Source of the DNA: Prorocentrum cordatum
Taxonomy: Eukaryota
Direction: 5' to 3'
Length of the DNA: 54,471 bases
Assembly: GCA_963575745.1 (NCBI GenBank)
Contig: CAUYUJ010000238.1
Location: forward strand, 62,001 to 116,471
Shown: positions 12,255 to 25,974 of the stretch, in pieces
Layout: each line of letters starts with the position of its first letter
Position numbering within the stretch: the first letter of the stretch is position 1
Translations under genes and position numbers: made by a program
Notes under the pieces: model-generated
The model's input: only the letters and a program-made list of their open reading frames with translations
The model's database searches: none
What the model was told of the DNA's origin: nothing

Positions 12255-12490
12255 TTGTGATCGTTTTCCTATTCATTGGTTTGCCGATCGGCGCGGGCCC
12301 TCGCACCCCCGCCCTCCCCCCCCTCACATGGAGTATATCCTGGCTGTTTGGGGCGCCTGTTTCGAGCAGGCTGGGTCTCTCCCCCATGGGACGCACTGCT
12401 GCAAACAGTTGCAGTGAGCAGAGGTCTGGAGCCAGACCCCCCCCTTCCCCCCATTTCCGACAAATGTCGAAGCGCCGAAGAAGAAAACTC
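12255..12490 (+). mobile_element. Dispersed ~230-bp repeat, copy 1 (SINE/MITE-like, class unknown)
   Basis: Colinear with 25648-25880 (GGCGCGGGCCCTCGCACCCCC...GGCTGTTTGGGGCGCCTG...GCAAACAGTTGCA...GGAGCCAGACCCCCC). Confidence 0.8.
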
Positions 12491-12589
12491 TGACGTTTTC
12501 GAGCCATTCCTTAGATCCAGGTCAGAGAACCTAATCGTGGTCGAGGCTCGCCGTGGCCAGGAAAGCCCCTTCCTTCCTTATTTGGCGTT

Positions 12590-13270
12590 CCCCTTCTCCT
12601 CCTCCTTCTCCTCCTCCATCTCCTCCTCCTTCTCCTCCTCTTCCTCCTCCTCCTCCTCTCCCTCCTCCTTCTCCTCCCACCTCTTCCTCCTCCTTCTCCT
12701 CCACCTCTTCCTCTCCTCCTCCTCCAACCTCCTCCACCTCCTCCTCATCATCACATCCTCCTCCTCCTTCTCCCTCCCTCCTCCCTCCTCCTCCTCCTCC
12801 TCCTCCCTCCTCCTCCTCCTCCTCCTCCTCCTCCTCTCCTCCTCCTCCTCCCCTCCTCTCCTCCTCCTCCTCCTCCTCCTCCTCCTCCTCCTCCTCCTCC
12901 TCCTCCTCCTCCTCCTCCTCCGTCTCCTCCTCCCTCCTCCTCCTCATCATCCTCCTCCACCTCCTCCTCCTCCTCCTCTCCTCTTCCTCTCCTCCTCCTC
13001 CTCGTCCTCCTCCTCCGCCTGCTCCCCTCCTCCTCCTCCTCCTCCTCCTCCTCCTCCCTCCTCCTCCTCCTCTTCCTCCTCCTCCTCCTCCTCTCTCCTC
13101 CTCCTCCTCCTCCTCCTCCTCCTCCTCCTCCTCCTCCTCTCCTCCTCCTCCTCCTCCTCCTCCTTTTCCTCCTCCTCCTCCCTCCCCTCCTCCTCCTCCT
13201 CCCTCCTCCTCCTCCTCCTCCTCCTCCTCCTCCTCCTCCTCCTCCTCCTCCTCCTCCTCCCCTCCTCTCC
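12590..13270. repeat. (CCT)n microsatellite
   Basis: Direct reading. Confidence 0.97.
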
Positions 13271-13459
13271 TACAGTGTCTGTGTGCCTGTGTGTGTCGAC
13301 TCTAGGACAGGGTATATCTGCCACGGCCGCCCCGCACCGCCCTCGACGTCCGAGGGCGCGCCTGGGTCGGCACGAGAGGGCGCGAGGTCCCCGCGGCCTC
13401 TGGCGGCCAGCGACGAGTCCTCCGCCAGGCTTCGTCGCGCTGTGGACGACGAGCGAGCA

Positions 13460-13818
<359 letters not shown>

Positions 13819-15019
13819 CTTTTTTGCGTCGCGTCCCTGCGCGCAGCGACGGGGCGTAGAAGGTCGGAAAGCAGCAGCACAAACACATACCCATAGGGGG
13901 GACGCAGGGGGCTGTTGGTGCGTGATGTCGGATGGGGATCCCCCCCCCCGAACGGGAGCCTCCCGGGACCCGACAACTTGCACCCATACCCATAGCCAGT
14001 CTTCCTCCCCCAGGCCCCCTCATGGGTAACTCTGATGGGTGTGTGTGTGTGTGCCTGCTGTTCTCGCTCAGCAGTGGAAGAGCCCGGGCCATGGAGAAAT
14101 TGCCAGGGGTGAGGAATCAGTCCTGGGGGGAAGGGGTCACGCTGCAAAGAGATCGCGACGTCGGAACTGCGGGTCGGGGACCCCCTGGGGGACCTCCGGG
14201 GGGCCTCCTCCGCGGGCCCCTCGGCGGCCCGAGCAGCGGCGCGGAGGGCGGCGGGCTCGTCGTCGTCGTGGCCGTGGCCGTGGTCGTCGTCGCGGTCGTC
14301 ATCGTCGCCGTCCGCAGAAGGAGGCTGCGCCCAGCGGGATTGCACACGCGGGATGATAGAGGAGGAGGAGGAGGAGGAGGAGGAGGAGGAGGAGTCGTGG
14401 CCTGTTGTCGTTGTCGTCGTGGCGTGGCCTTCGCCCACTTGACGCGGGCTGCAAGGAATTATCGGGCGAGGGCGCCTCTCCCAAGCGCGGGGCCTCTGTG
14501 GCCAGGGCAGGCCTTCAAGGGCCAGGACTGGCACCCAAGCCCGCACACGAGCGGAAGCTTCGCTTCCGAAGATTGCACGCTCCAGAAAGGTCCTCGCCTT
14601 CGAGGACCAAAGGAGTTGACAGCTCTTCCTCGGCGGAAGGCGGCGGAAGGTCGGCGGAAGGCGGCAGAAGTAAAGCGAGACTGCCTCTGCCAGCGGAAGC
14701 CGGCGGAAGGCTGGCGGAAGCAAAAAGTGCACCTCGAAGAGATGGCGACATTTTTGGATTCAGGGTTTCCGGAGCCCGCCAAATTGTACCCGCGTCGAGG
14801 CGAGAGCGCCCGGAACAGTTTCCATTGTTCAACTGTTATCGAAGACGCCCACGGCGCGTCACCGCCGTCCCCTGCCTTTTTGGAAGCGCATGCGTGGCCG
14901 AAAGTTGGGTTTGAGCTTGGCCAAGCTATCGGGCCACGCGTTCCCCGAGTGGGTTTCGAAAGCCTTCGGGGAACACGGAGTCGGGCGAGCTATCGGACCA
15001 GGTGGTTTCCGAGCTTTCG

Positions 15020-16330
15020 GGCCTTCCTGGAAGACGTCTTGGAGGGCTCTTGGGCCGTCTTGGAGGCCTCTTGCGGGCCTTTTGGGCAGTCTAAGGCCAT
15101 CTTCAGGCCATCTGGGGCCGTCTTGGAGGCTATCTTCGGCGTCTTCGGGGCCATCTTGGGCCGTTTTGGGCTGTTCTTGGGGCCGTCTTGGGGGCCTCCT
15201 GGGCTGTCATGGGGCCATCTTGGAGGCCTCTTGGGCGCTCTTGGGACGATGTTGGGTTGGGCCGTCTTGGGCCGTCGGAGAGCTGATAAGAAGAAAATGC
15301 CCAAATCATTCAAAAACCTGCGGAAAAACTATGATTGTTGCCCTTTCGGGCCTTCCTGGAGAACGTCTTGGAGGCCTCTTGGGGGCCTCTTGGCCAGTCT
15401 TAGGCCATCTTGGAGCCATCTTGGGCAGTCTAATTTGAAGGCATCGTGGACTCTGTCGGGCCGTCTTGGAGGCCATCTTGGACCATCTTTGGCGACTTGG
15501 AGGCCATCTTGGAGGCCATCTTGGGCCAACGTGGCCATCTAGGAGGCCATCTGGAGCCGTCTTGGAGGATGTTTTGTGGTCGTTGAGGTCCCTTTCGGGT
15601 GGCCGGCGGGACGGGCCGAAGCCCCAGGGAGAGTTCTTTTGGGAAAAGAACCAAAACCAAAAGCGAAAGGATTCAGCACGCCAGGCACCCTTGTGATGAA
15701 TCAACAGGGGGCGGCGGATATGATGGCCTTCGGCCCATCCCGCCACCTTGCCTGGGTTGTGGGCATGAAACCTATTGGATGTTCGGTGGGATCTCGTGGG
15801 AGGCCTCTTGGAGGCAGTTTGGACGCCTCCTGGGGGCTTTTTGTAGGTCTCTTGGAGCCTCTTTTGTGCCTCTTGGGTGTTCTCTTGGGGCCTCTTGGGG
15901 GCCTCTTGAGGTCCTCGTGGGGCCTCCTTGGCGCCTATTGGGACCTCCTTGGGGCCTCCTGGGGCGGAAGGCTCGGATTTTCGGTTCGTGTTCTGTTTTG
16001 GGCGCCTCTTGGACCGTCTTGGAGCCCTCTTCGGCCGTTTGGCCCCCTCTTCGAAGCTTCTTGGGCCGTCTTGCGGCGGTCTTGGGAGCCCTCTTCGAGG
16101 CTTCTTGGGCGTTCTCGGGGGCCTCTAGGGCCGTCTGGGCGCGTCGGGAAGCCGAAAAGGCGAGAACGCCCAAATCCTGCATAAACCTACGGAAATATAT
16201 ATGATTTGGGCCTCTTGGGGCCCTCTTGGGATACATATCTTGGAGGCCTCTCTGGGCGTCTTGAAGGTCTCTGGGGCCGTCTGGGGCCAGAGTCTGGGGT
16301 CCATCCAGACCGTCTTGGAGCGCTCGCTCG
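15020..16330 (+). repeat. Degenerate 11-12-mer minisatellite (TCTTGGAGGCCA / TCTTGGGGCC)
   Basis: Dozens of TCTTGGRGGCC variants. The same family recurs at about 29070-29115 and 40560-40740. Confidence 0.85.
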
Positions 16331-17585
16331 GCGGCTCGAGGCGGGGGCCTCTCGAGACCCTCTTGTGGCCCGCCATTGGGGCCCCCTCGAGCCCGAACAA
16401 AAATTCGCGCGGCAGCACCTCCCCGGAGCCCTAAGGAGCACGCGCCGCGCCCCGGAAGGCTCGAGAGCGAGGGGCCCCGGGCCCCCTCCAGGAGTGCTCG
16501 TGGAGCGGGGAGCGAGGCCCGGAGGCCTCGGCGCCGAGGGCCTTGCCGGCGCGCCCCGCTCCGTGCCCGGCGGCGCGGTGGCGGGTTCTTCTCCGGAAGT
16601 GAGCTTCGCTTCCTCCTCGCTGTCCTCGTGCTCCTCCTCGCTATCCTCGCGCTCGCCACGTCGTCCTCGTCATCGACTCCTCGTGGTCCTCGCCTTTTTT
16701 TTTTCTCCTTCGCCCGGTACGCCCATTAGACTACAGCGGCGCTTCCCGTTCTTGTCCGATCGGGTTCTTCTCCAGAGGTGGGCCTCCGACCACTCGCGAA
16801 GCCCCCGAGGGGCCTCCGAGGAGGCCGCCGAGGCGCCGCCCCAGGGCCTCAGGCCGAGGGACTCCGAGGAGGCCGAGGCCCTCCGAGAGGGCTCCCCCGA
16901 GGGCCCGTGGGCGAAGGGCCTGCCCGCCGCCGCGGCCTCGCGGGCGGGCCCCCCCCGTGGCCTGCGGGGCGCGTTTTTGTGCGCGGCCGCCCCGCGCAGA
17001 GCTCGGGTGCGACCAAGAGAGGGGTGATGTCCATCCAGAGGGGGGCGGGACATCATCAGGTGGGCCATGGTAGTTCCTCAGATTTCATGGCGGCCCTTCT
17101 TGCTGTGAAGGCCTGACGGCCGGTGCCGCCGACCCTGAAAGACATCGACGACGACCAGGACGGGGAGGAGGAGGAGAAGGAGGAGGAAAAGGAGGAGGAG
17201 AAGGAGATAAGGAGGAGGAGGAGGAGGAGGAGGAGGAGGAGGAGGAAAAGGACTCCCCCCTGGGCTCCCCCCCACTGGGGAGGAGGACCGGAGGAGGACC
17301 GGCGTGGGAGAGGAGAGGGGAGGGGGAGGAGGACCCCCAGGGACGGATGCGTATCTGACTCCAACTCCCCCCACCTGGGACTCCTCCAGTACCGGCGCGC
17401 CGGAGAAGGGCCGGCGCGGGAGCGGAGGACCCCCAGAGGCGATGCGAATCTGACCCCCCCCCCCCGGGACCCCCCCCTCACTCCGGGGAAGGGACACAGG
17501 GAAGGGGCCTCCCATTGACGTCATGAGGACGTGGATGGAATCCCCTCAAGCTGCGAACCCGTTCCCCGAACGAGGAAGGGTGCTT

Positions 17586-17616
<31 letters not shown>

Positions 17617-17883
17617 TTCTCTCCCCCGACCGGAGAGGAGGACGGGAAGGAGGGGACGAAAGAAGGCCCCCCGTCGACGGGACCGGACAGACACCCCGCA
17701 CACGCGGACAGGGCCGGCGGATTTCAGCACGTCCCCGGCCCCCCCCCCCCGTGGGCCGCGCACGTGCCGCTGGCCACGATGTGCGCCCCCGTCTTGGACG
17801 CCCCCCTCTTGGCCGCCCCCGAAGAACGCACCCGTGCGACCGCGCATCCGCGGGATCGCGCCCCGGGAATCGAGACCGCGAGC

Positions 17884-18203
17884 CGGGCGGGTGGCAATGG
17901 GGGGTGATGACCTAAATTTCGGGGGTGGGCAGACCTCCTACCCTGACGCGTCGATTCAGGAATTGGCCGTTTTCGGTTCGCGAGAGGGCGTCGCGGCCGT
18001 CATTTTTGCGGGTCCAGGTCCGTCGGTTCCGGCCCCAGGCCCTTTTCCCTAAGGGGAGGTCTACTAAAGGGAAGTGAAGAGGAGGGCCCTGCAGGGCCCC
18101 TTTTGGAGACAATCACTGCCCAAACGGGGCCCTGAAGGGCCCCAGCGGAGCCATGTTCTGCCCCCCCCCCCTATTCAGGTCACCCCCCATTGCCGTCCGC
18201 CCG
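17884..18203. mobile_element. ~320-bp element with ~50-bp imperfect TIRs
   Basis: CGGGCGGGTGGCAATGGGGGGTGATGACCTAAAT...GGGCAGA is inverted relative to TCTGCCCC...ATTCAGGTCACCCCCCATTGCCGTCCGCCCG. Flanked by AGC/AGC (or GCGAG/GCGAG if the boundaries are moved out 1 nt). Confidence 0.65.
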
Positions 18204-18635
18204 AGCGAGGGCACGGGTGCAGATGCGGTCGGGAACGTTTGGGTAGAGGGTGGCTCCGCGGGTTCTGGCCCACCACGCTTCGGCGCGACACGCGGGCCAC
18301 TTCCCAGTCCCCCGGCGTCAACATCCCGCCCCGCGGAGCGGAGCGACGCACTATCCGCTCGCAGGGCAGAGCGAATCGCCGTCGCCAGGGCCGCCGTGGC
18401 GATACGCTTGGCGAAAGTTTCCGACCGCATGGGACCTGGTTTCTCGTCCCGCTGCTTGGTAGAGGGCTGGTGCCCATGCCACCGCCGCCACCCTCCTGCC
18501 TCCCCGTGTCCTGTTCGCCACCACGCAGCGCCGCAGGTGGCCAGCGCAAGCTTGAGACACGTAGCGGCCATCAGGTGCCCAACTGCCCTGATACGCCCGT
18601 GTTGAAACACAACGCCGCTCGTGAGAGGGCCTTCG

Positions 18636-18676
18636 GCTGCGCCGCCGCCGCCGTCGTCCTCGTCTTCGTCGTCTTG

Positions 18677-18720
<44 letters not shown>

Positions 18721-19019
18721 TGTCCTCGCCGCCGCCGCCGCCGCCACCGTCGTCGTCGTCGTCGTCGTCGCCCTCGTCGTCGTCGCCTCGTCGTCGACGT
18801 CGTCGTCGCCTTTGACGGCGCGCCGCCTCCCCCCGCCAGGGGCGGCGCCCGCCTCGGCCAGGGGCCGCTGCCGCGCCCCTTCTGCGCGGCCCCGGGCGGC
18901 CCGCCGAGGCGGCGGCCCGAGGGGCGGTGGCCGAGGACGACGACGACGACGACCACGACCACGACCACGACCACGACGACGACGACGCCGACGACGACGA
19001 CGACGTCGACGACGACGAG

Positions 19020-19061
<42 letters not shown>

Positions 19062-19328
19062 AACGGCGGCAGCGGCCGTGGCGACGACGGCAGCGGCGGT
19101 GGCGACGACGACGCTCGAGGACGACGACGACGACGACGACGATGACGGCGGTGGCGGCGGCGACGGCGGCGGACAACGACGACCACGACGACGGCGGCGG
19201 CGACGACGACGACGAAGACGACGACTACGACGACGGCGCCCGAGGATGACGATGACGACGACGATGACGGCGCCGACGACGGCGTCGACGATGGCGGCGG
19301 CGGCGGCGGCGACGACGGCGTCCGGCGT

Positions 19329-19360
<32 letters not shown>

Positions 19361-19394
19361 GCTGCGGCAGCGTCCGAGGAAACGACGACTACGC

Positions 19395-19442
<48 letters not shown>

Positions 19443-19497
19443 CAACGCCGACGGCGAGGCGGCGACGGCGACGGTGGCGGCGGCGACGGCGTCCGAG

Positions 19498-19529
<32 letters not shown>

Positions 19530-20104
19530 TCACGAGGACGACGACGAGGACGGCGACGACGACAACAACGATATAGGACGACGACAACGACGACGACGAC
19601 GGTGGCGGTAGCGGCGGCGACGACGGCGTCCGAGGACGACGACGACGATGACGACGGCGACGATCACGACGACTGCGTTCGAGGACGACGATGCTGATGA
19701 CGACGGCGACAACGACAACGACGACGATGGCGGCGACGACGACGACGACGATGACGGCGCCGGCGTCGACGGCGTCCGAGGACAACGACGACGACGACGG
19801 CGACGGCGACGAAGACGACGATGACGGCGAAGACGACGACGACGATGACGGCCGCGGCGAGGACGACGGCGTCCGAGGACGAAGACGGCAACGATAATGA
19901 CGAGGTCTGCGACGACGATGACGAGGACGACGACGACGACGACGGCGGCGACGACGACATCAACGAGAATGATCACAACAATGACGACGACGACGCGTAC
20001 GATGACGATGGCGGTGTCGGCGGCGGCGGTGTCGACGGCGACCCAGGATGACGACGACGACGTCGACGATGACGGTGGTGGCGGTGACGACGACGGCGTC
20101 TGAG

Positions 20105-20148
<44 letters not shown>

Positions 20149-20258
20149 CCACGACGATGGCGAGGACGACGACGACGAAGAAGACGACGACGACCATGAC
20201 GAGGACGACCACGACGACGACGACGACGACGACGACGACCTCGACGACGACGATATAG

Positions 20259-20292
<34 letters not shown>

Positions 20293-20866
20293 GCGGCGGC
20301 GAGGGCGTCCGAGGACGACGACGGTGACGACGACGACGACGACGGCGACGGCGACGACGACGACGACGAGGACGGCGTCCAGGGACGACGACGACGACGA
20401 TCACGGCTGCGGCGGCGACGATGGCGACGACGACGACGACGACGGCGGGGACGACGACGACGATGACCATGACGAGGACGACCACGACGACGACGACGAC
20501 GACAAACAACGACGACGACGACGACGACGACGACTGTGGCGACGACGACGATCATCACGGCGACGACGGCGGCGGTGCCGGCGACGGAAGCGGTGGCTGC
20601 GGCGACGACGGTGCCCAAAGACGACGACAACGACGAATACGACGACGACGGCGGCGGTGACGACGGCGTCCGAGGTCGACGACGACAACAACGACGACGA
20701 CGACTACGATTACGACGACGATGACTACGACGGCGAGGACGGCGGCGGCGGTGACGACGACAACGACGACGACGACTACGAGGATGACGACGATGACGAC
20801 GACGACCACGAGGACGATGACGACGACGACGACGACGACGACGGCGTCCGGTGACGACGACGACGA

Positions 20867-20899
<33 letters not shown>

Positions 20900-20913
20900 C
20901 GACGGCGACGACG

Positions 20914-20951
<38 letters not shown>

Positions 20952-20970
20952 GCGAGAACGACGACGACGA

Positions 20971-21012
<42 letters not shown>

Positions 21013-21123
21013 CGCCGATGACGACGCCGACGACGACGACGACGATAGCGGCGGCGACGGCTTCCGAGGACGACGACGACGACGATGACAACGCCGACGA
21101 GAGCGATGACGACGACGACGACG

Positions 21124-21178
<55 letters not shown>

Positions 21179-21427
21179 CGACGATATAGGACGACGACAA
21201 CAACGACGACGTCGACGACGACTCACGACGACGACGACGATGACGACGACGACGACGATATAGAACGACGACAACAACGTCGACGTCGACGACGGCGACG
21301 ACGACAACGACGGCGGTGGCGGCGGCGGCGACGCCAGCGTCTGAGAACGACGTCGACCACACCGACGATGATGACGGCGGCGGCGGCTACGAGGACGGCG
21401 CCTGAGGACGACGACGACGACTACAAG

Positions 21428-21466
<39 letters not shown>

Positions 21467-21497
21467 TACGACGACAACGACGACCACGACCACGACC

Positions 21498-21585
<88 letters not shown>

Positions 21586-21810
21586 TGACGACGACGAGGT
21601 CGACGGCAGCGGAAGCGACGACGGCGTCCGAGGACGACGACGACGACGACGTCGGCGACAGCGACGACGACGATGACGGCAGCGGCGGCGGCGACGACGA
21701 CGACGACGAGGACGGCGATGACGAGGACGAGCTCGACCGCGACGACGACGGCGGCGACGACGACGACCACGACTACCAAGGGTGTGGTGGCGGTGGCTAT
21801 GGCCGCTTCC

Positions 21811-21845
<35 letters not shown>

Positions 21846-21907
21846 AACCACGACGGAGATGACGGTGACAGCGACGTAGATGACGACGACGACGACGACG
21901 ACGACGA

Positions 21908-21950
<43 letters not shown>

Positions 21951-22037
21951 GGCGACGACGGCGACGTTGACGGCGGTGGCGGCGGCGACGGCGTTCGAGG
22001 ACGACGACGACGACGACGACGATGACGACGCCGACGA

Positions 22038-22098
<61 letters not shown>

Positions 22099-22116
22099 CA
22101 CGACGACGACGAGGAT

Positions 22117-22148
<32 letters not shown>

Positions 22149-22235
22149 TGGCGACGACGACGACGACGACGACGGCGGTGGCGGCCACGCCTGCGGGTGC
22201 GCCGGGGGACGACGACGACGACGTCGAAGTCGAAA

Positions 22236-22297
<62 letters not shown>

Positions 22298-22368
22298 TAC
22301 GAAGCCGACGTCCACGACGACGACGACGACAGCGGCGGCGGCGGCTGCGACGACTATGTTGGCGGCCC

Positions 22369-22440
<72 letters not shown>

Positions 22441-22749
22441 TGGCGGCGGCGGCGGCGGCGGAGGCGACGACGGCGGCGGTGGCGGGGACGACGGCGGCGG
22501 CGACCACGGCGTCCGTGGAAGACGACGACAATGAGGAGGACGAGGACGACGACGGCGGCGGCGGCGATGTCGGCGGCGGCGACGACGGCATCCGAGGACG
22601 ACGACGACGGGGAGGACGACGACGAGGACGACCACGGCAACGACCACGACGACGAGGACGACGACGACGACGACGACGACCACCACGGCGGCGCCAGCGT
22701 CCGACGTGGCGGAGGTGGCGGCATCGAGGACGACGACGACTACGACGAC

Positions 22750-22798
<49 letters not shown>

Positions 22799-22854
22799 CG
22801 ACGGCGACGACGACGACGGTGGCTGCGGCCGCGGCGGCGACGCCGTGGATCAAA

Positions 22855-22902
<48 letters not shown>

Positions 22903-22908
22903 TACGGG

Positions 22909-22954
<46 letters not shown>

Positions 22955-23425
22955 CCACGATGACAGTGGCGACTACGGACGACCAACGTCGACGTCCTCG
23001 TCTGTTTGGGAGGTTGCTGCGTTTCTTGGGGGAATTGTCGCCACGGCTGGACGCGGATGGACCCTCGGATAGTGCTCATTGGTTGATTCAAGACGCTTAC
23101 GCCTTTCCGCCGCCTCTTTGAGGAAAAGCAATTTCACGACAGACGACGAAGACGACTGACGACGACGAACGACGACGATCGACGAACGACGACGAACGAC
23201 GAACCACGACGAACGACGCGAACAACGAAGAGCGACGACGACGACGACGACAACGAACGACGACGTCCTTGACCGCTCTTGGGCCTCTGGGGGCATCCAG
23301 ACGAGCTCTCGAGAGCTCCAGGGATCGGGGACCTCCTGACAATGACCAATTACCATTAACCACGACAACGACGACGACGACGACGACAACAGACGACGAC
23401 GGCGACGACAACGAAGAAACGACGA

Positions 23426-23458
<33 letters not shown>

Positions 23459-23504
23459 CGGCAACGTCGACGACGAAGGCGACGACGACGACGACGACGA
23501 CGAT

Positions 23505-23586
<82 letters not shown>

Positions 23587-23740
23587 TCGACGACCTACGT
23601 TCATGTTTTCGTCCCGAGGGTTTGGTGGCGTTCTCGAACGTTCTCGTCGCCACAGTTGTACGTGGTTCGGGAAAAACTAACCAAGGTGGACACCACGAAG
23701 CGCCCAGGGACAGGTTTTAGATTGGGTTTGGCCAGACGAC

Positions 23741-23772
<32 letters not shown>

Positions 23773-24110
23773 CGACTACGGGGTGACGACGACGACGACG
23801 ACGACCCCGACGGCGGCGACGACGTCAGCGATGGCGATGGAGAAGGCGTCGACGACGACGACGACCGGCGTTGATGTCCTCGTTCCAACTATTTCGAGGC
23901 GTTCCTCGAGGTTCTCGTCGCCACGGTTCGACGCCGCTCGGAAAATCTGCCAAGGTGGACCCCAGGATGGGTCCAGGCATTTTTTTCAACGTATTTGGGC
24001 CAGACAACGACGACGGCAACGACGGCAACGACGACGGCGGCGGCGGCGCCGGCGACGACGACGACGACGACGGCGGCGATGGCGACGACGACGACGACGA
24101 CGACGACGAA

Positions 24111-24176
<66 letters not shown>

Positions 24177-24196
24177 TACAGCGACGACGCTGGCAC

Positions 24197-24233
<37 letters not shown>

Positions 24234-24430
24234 CGACGACGGAGACTGACGACGACCGACCAACAACGGCGACGACACCCGACGACGTTCGGCGGGGAGG
24301 AGGAGGAGGAGAAGGAAGAGGAGGAAGGGGAGGAGGAGGAGGCCGAGGACGAAGACGAGGACGAGGACGAGGACGAGAAGGAGGAGGAAAAGGAGGAGGA
24401 AAAGGAGGAGGAGGACGACGACGACGTCCA
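18636..24430. repeat. ~5.8-kb (GAC)n/(GGC)n microsatellite field, beginning with an inverted (GTC)n block
   Basis: (GTC)n at 18636-18810 is followed by (GAC)n from 18930. This produces the poly-D/T/R and poly-V/S/R ORFs. Confidence 0.97.
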
Positions 24431-24560
24431 AGATGTATCAGCGATGCTGCAATACACCCTCCTGTCCCAAGTCTGCTCCTCATGAGTCCGTACAAGCGCT
24501 GTTGTCCACCAACAGAAGTGCTCCCTTGAAAGACGATCTCCACATGTGCTTGCCATTCAG

Positions 24561-24902
24561 GCGAGAGCTTCTTGTTGAAAGCTAGCGGCCTCGCATCTGT
24601 CTTGCGCAAGGTCAAGAATGCAGCAAAGTATGACCATACAGTCAAACAGGCGTCCCGCGAGATTCCCGCTTTGAAGAAGGGCCGCCCCCCATCCGTGCCA
24701 AGTGTTCCACAGGCCTACACCTTTTGCCATTGGCTTCGAGGACGTCTGGGGCGAAATCCTCCTTCTTGAGAAGGAGCAACCGACGATTCCTGCTGCTGAT
24801 ACATATGTTGCAGCCTATGATATGTTAACGCCTGGACGTCTCAAGCGAGAGCTTCGCTTTGATGAACCCGGCGCGGCCCAGATTCGGGAAAAGTTCCCCA
24901 GG
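24561..24902 (+). pseudogene. Possible decayed exon of an unidentified protein
   Basis: Complex, non-repetitive sequence bounded by TTCAG|G and CCAG|GTGAG. Protein-like translation needs one frameshift (..LRKVKNAAKYDHTVKQASREIP.. / ..FEDVWGEILLLEKEQPTIPAADTYVAAYDMLTPGRLKRELRFDEPG..). Confidence 0.3.
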
Positions 24903-25029
24903 TGAGTAGCCAAGCAAGGGAGGACGAGTCATAAGTTCATCGAGAGCTAACTTGCCCGCCGCTTGGGCGCAGTGCTTGGCATGTGATGCCATGGTGTGTA
25001 CTGATGTGAACTGGTTTGGTTTGCATGTG

Positions 25030-25466
25030 TTGTCATTGCTTGGCCTTGGTTGGCATTGCGTGGCGCTGCTTGGCGTTACTTGGCATTGCTTGGCGCTGCT
25101 ATGCATTGACTGACGCTGCTTGGCATTACGTGGAACTGCTTGACTTTGCTTGGCAGTGCGTGGCATTGCTTGGCATTGTTGGGCCTTGCTTGGCATTATG
25201 TGGCATTGCTTGGCGTTGCTTGGCTTTGCTGGGCAGCGTTCAGCATGTATTTGCATTTCTCGGTATTGCTTCGCGCTGCTCGGCGTTACTTGGCATTGCT
25301 TGGCATTGCTTCGCATTGCTTGGTATTGCGTGGCACTGTTTGACATTACTTGGCATTGGTTGACATTGTTTGGAATCGCTTGGCATTGCTTAGCATTACG
25401 CGTCATTGCTGTGCTTTGCTCTGCATTGTTTGGCGTTTCTTGGCATTACGTGGCATTGCTTTGGCC
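25030..25466 (+). repeat. (TTGGCATTGC)n 10-bp minisatellite
   Basis: Strict 10-nt periodicity is visible in the columns. Confidence 0.93.
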
Positions 25467-25647
25467 AAGGAAGCAACAATGAACCAAGACCAGGGCACCA
25501 GAGGAGGGCACCAACGAACCAAGACCAAGGAGCCCAGGCAGCGCCTGGCTCCGCAGATGCAGGAAACCACTGCCAAGGAGCCCGAGCAACGCCGAGCGCC
25601 GCCCATGCAAGGAAGCAAGACCAAGCAAGGCGAACAACGCCTCGGAG

Positions 25648-25880
25648 TTGCGATCGTTTACTTATTAATCGTTTTGCCGACCGGCGCGGGCCCTCGCACC
25701 CCCCTCCCCCCCCCCTGGAGTAGATCTTGGCTGTTTGGGGCGCCTGCTTCGAGCAGGTGAAGCCTCCCCCATAGGACGCACTGTTGCAAACAGTTGCATT
25801 ATGCAGAGGTCCGGAGCCAGACCCCCCTCCACCCCCCTTCCGCTTAATGTCGAAACGCCAAATAAGAAAACGTTCACGAG
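25648..25880 (+). mobile_element. Dispersed ~230-bp repeat, copy 2
   Basis: Colinear with 12255-12490. Confidence 0.8.
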
Positions 25881-25974
25881 TTGGTGCGTCGCATCCACCA
25901 GCTTCTTAAACCTAATAAGCAGAAGCCCCTTAGGCAAATCTGAACTTAATGGAAAAGGGAACCGTAGTTCTGTC

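Noticed and set aside
13932..15542. 536-aa ORF
   Set aside because: It crosses (GT)n, (GTC)n, (GAG)n and the TCTTGGAGGCCA minisatellite. No recognisable domain or codon bias.
18113..24645. Long ORFs up to 610 aa (poly-D/T/R/V/S)
   Set aside because: They are stop-free only because GAC/GTC triplets contain no stop codon in any frame. Frequent register shifts show no frame is conserved.
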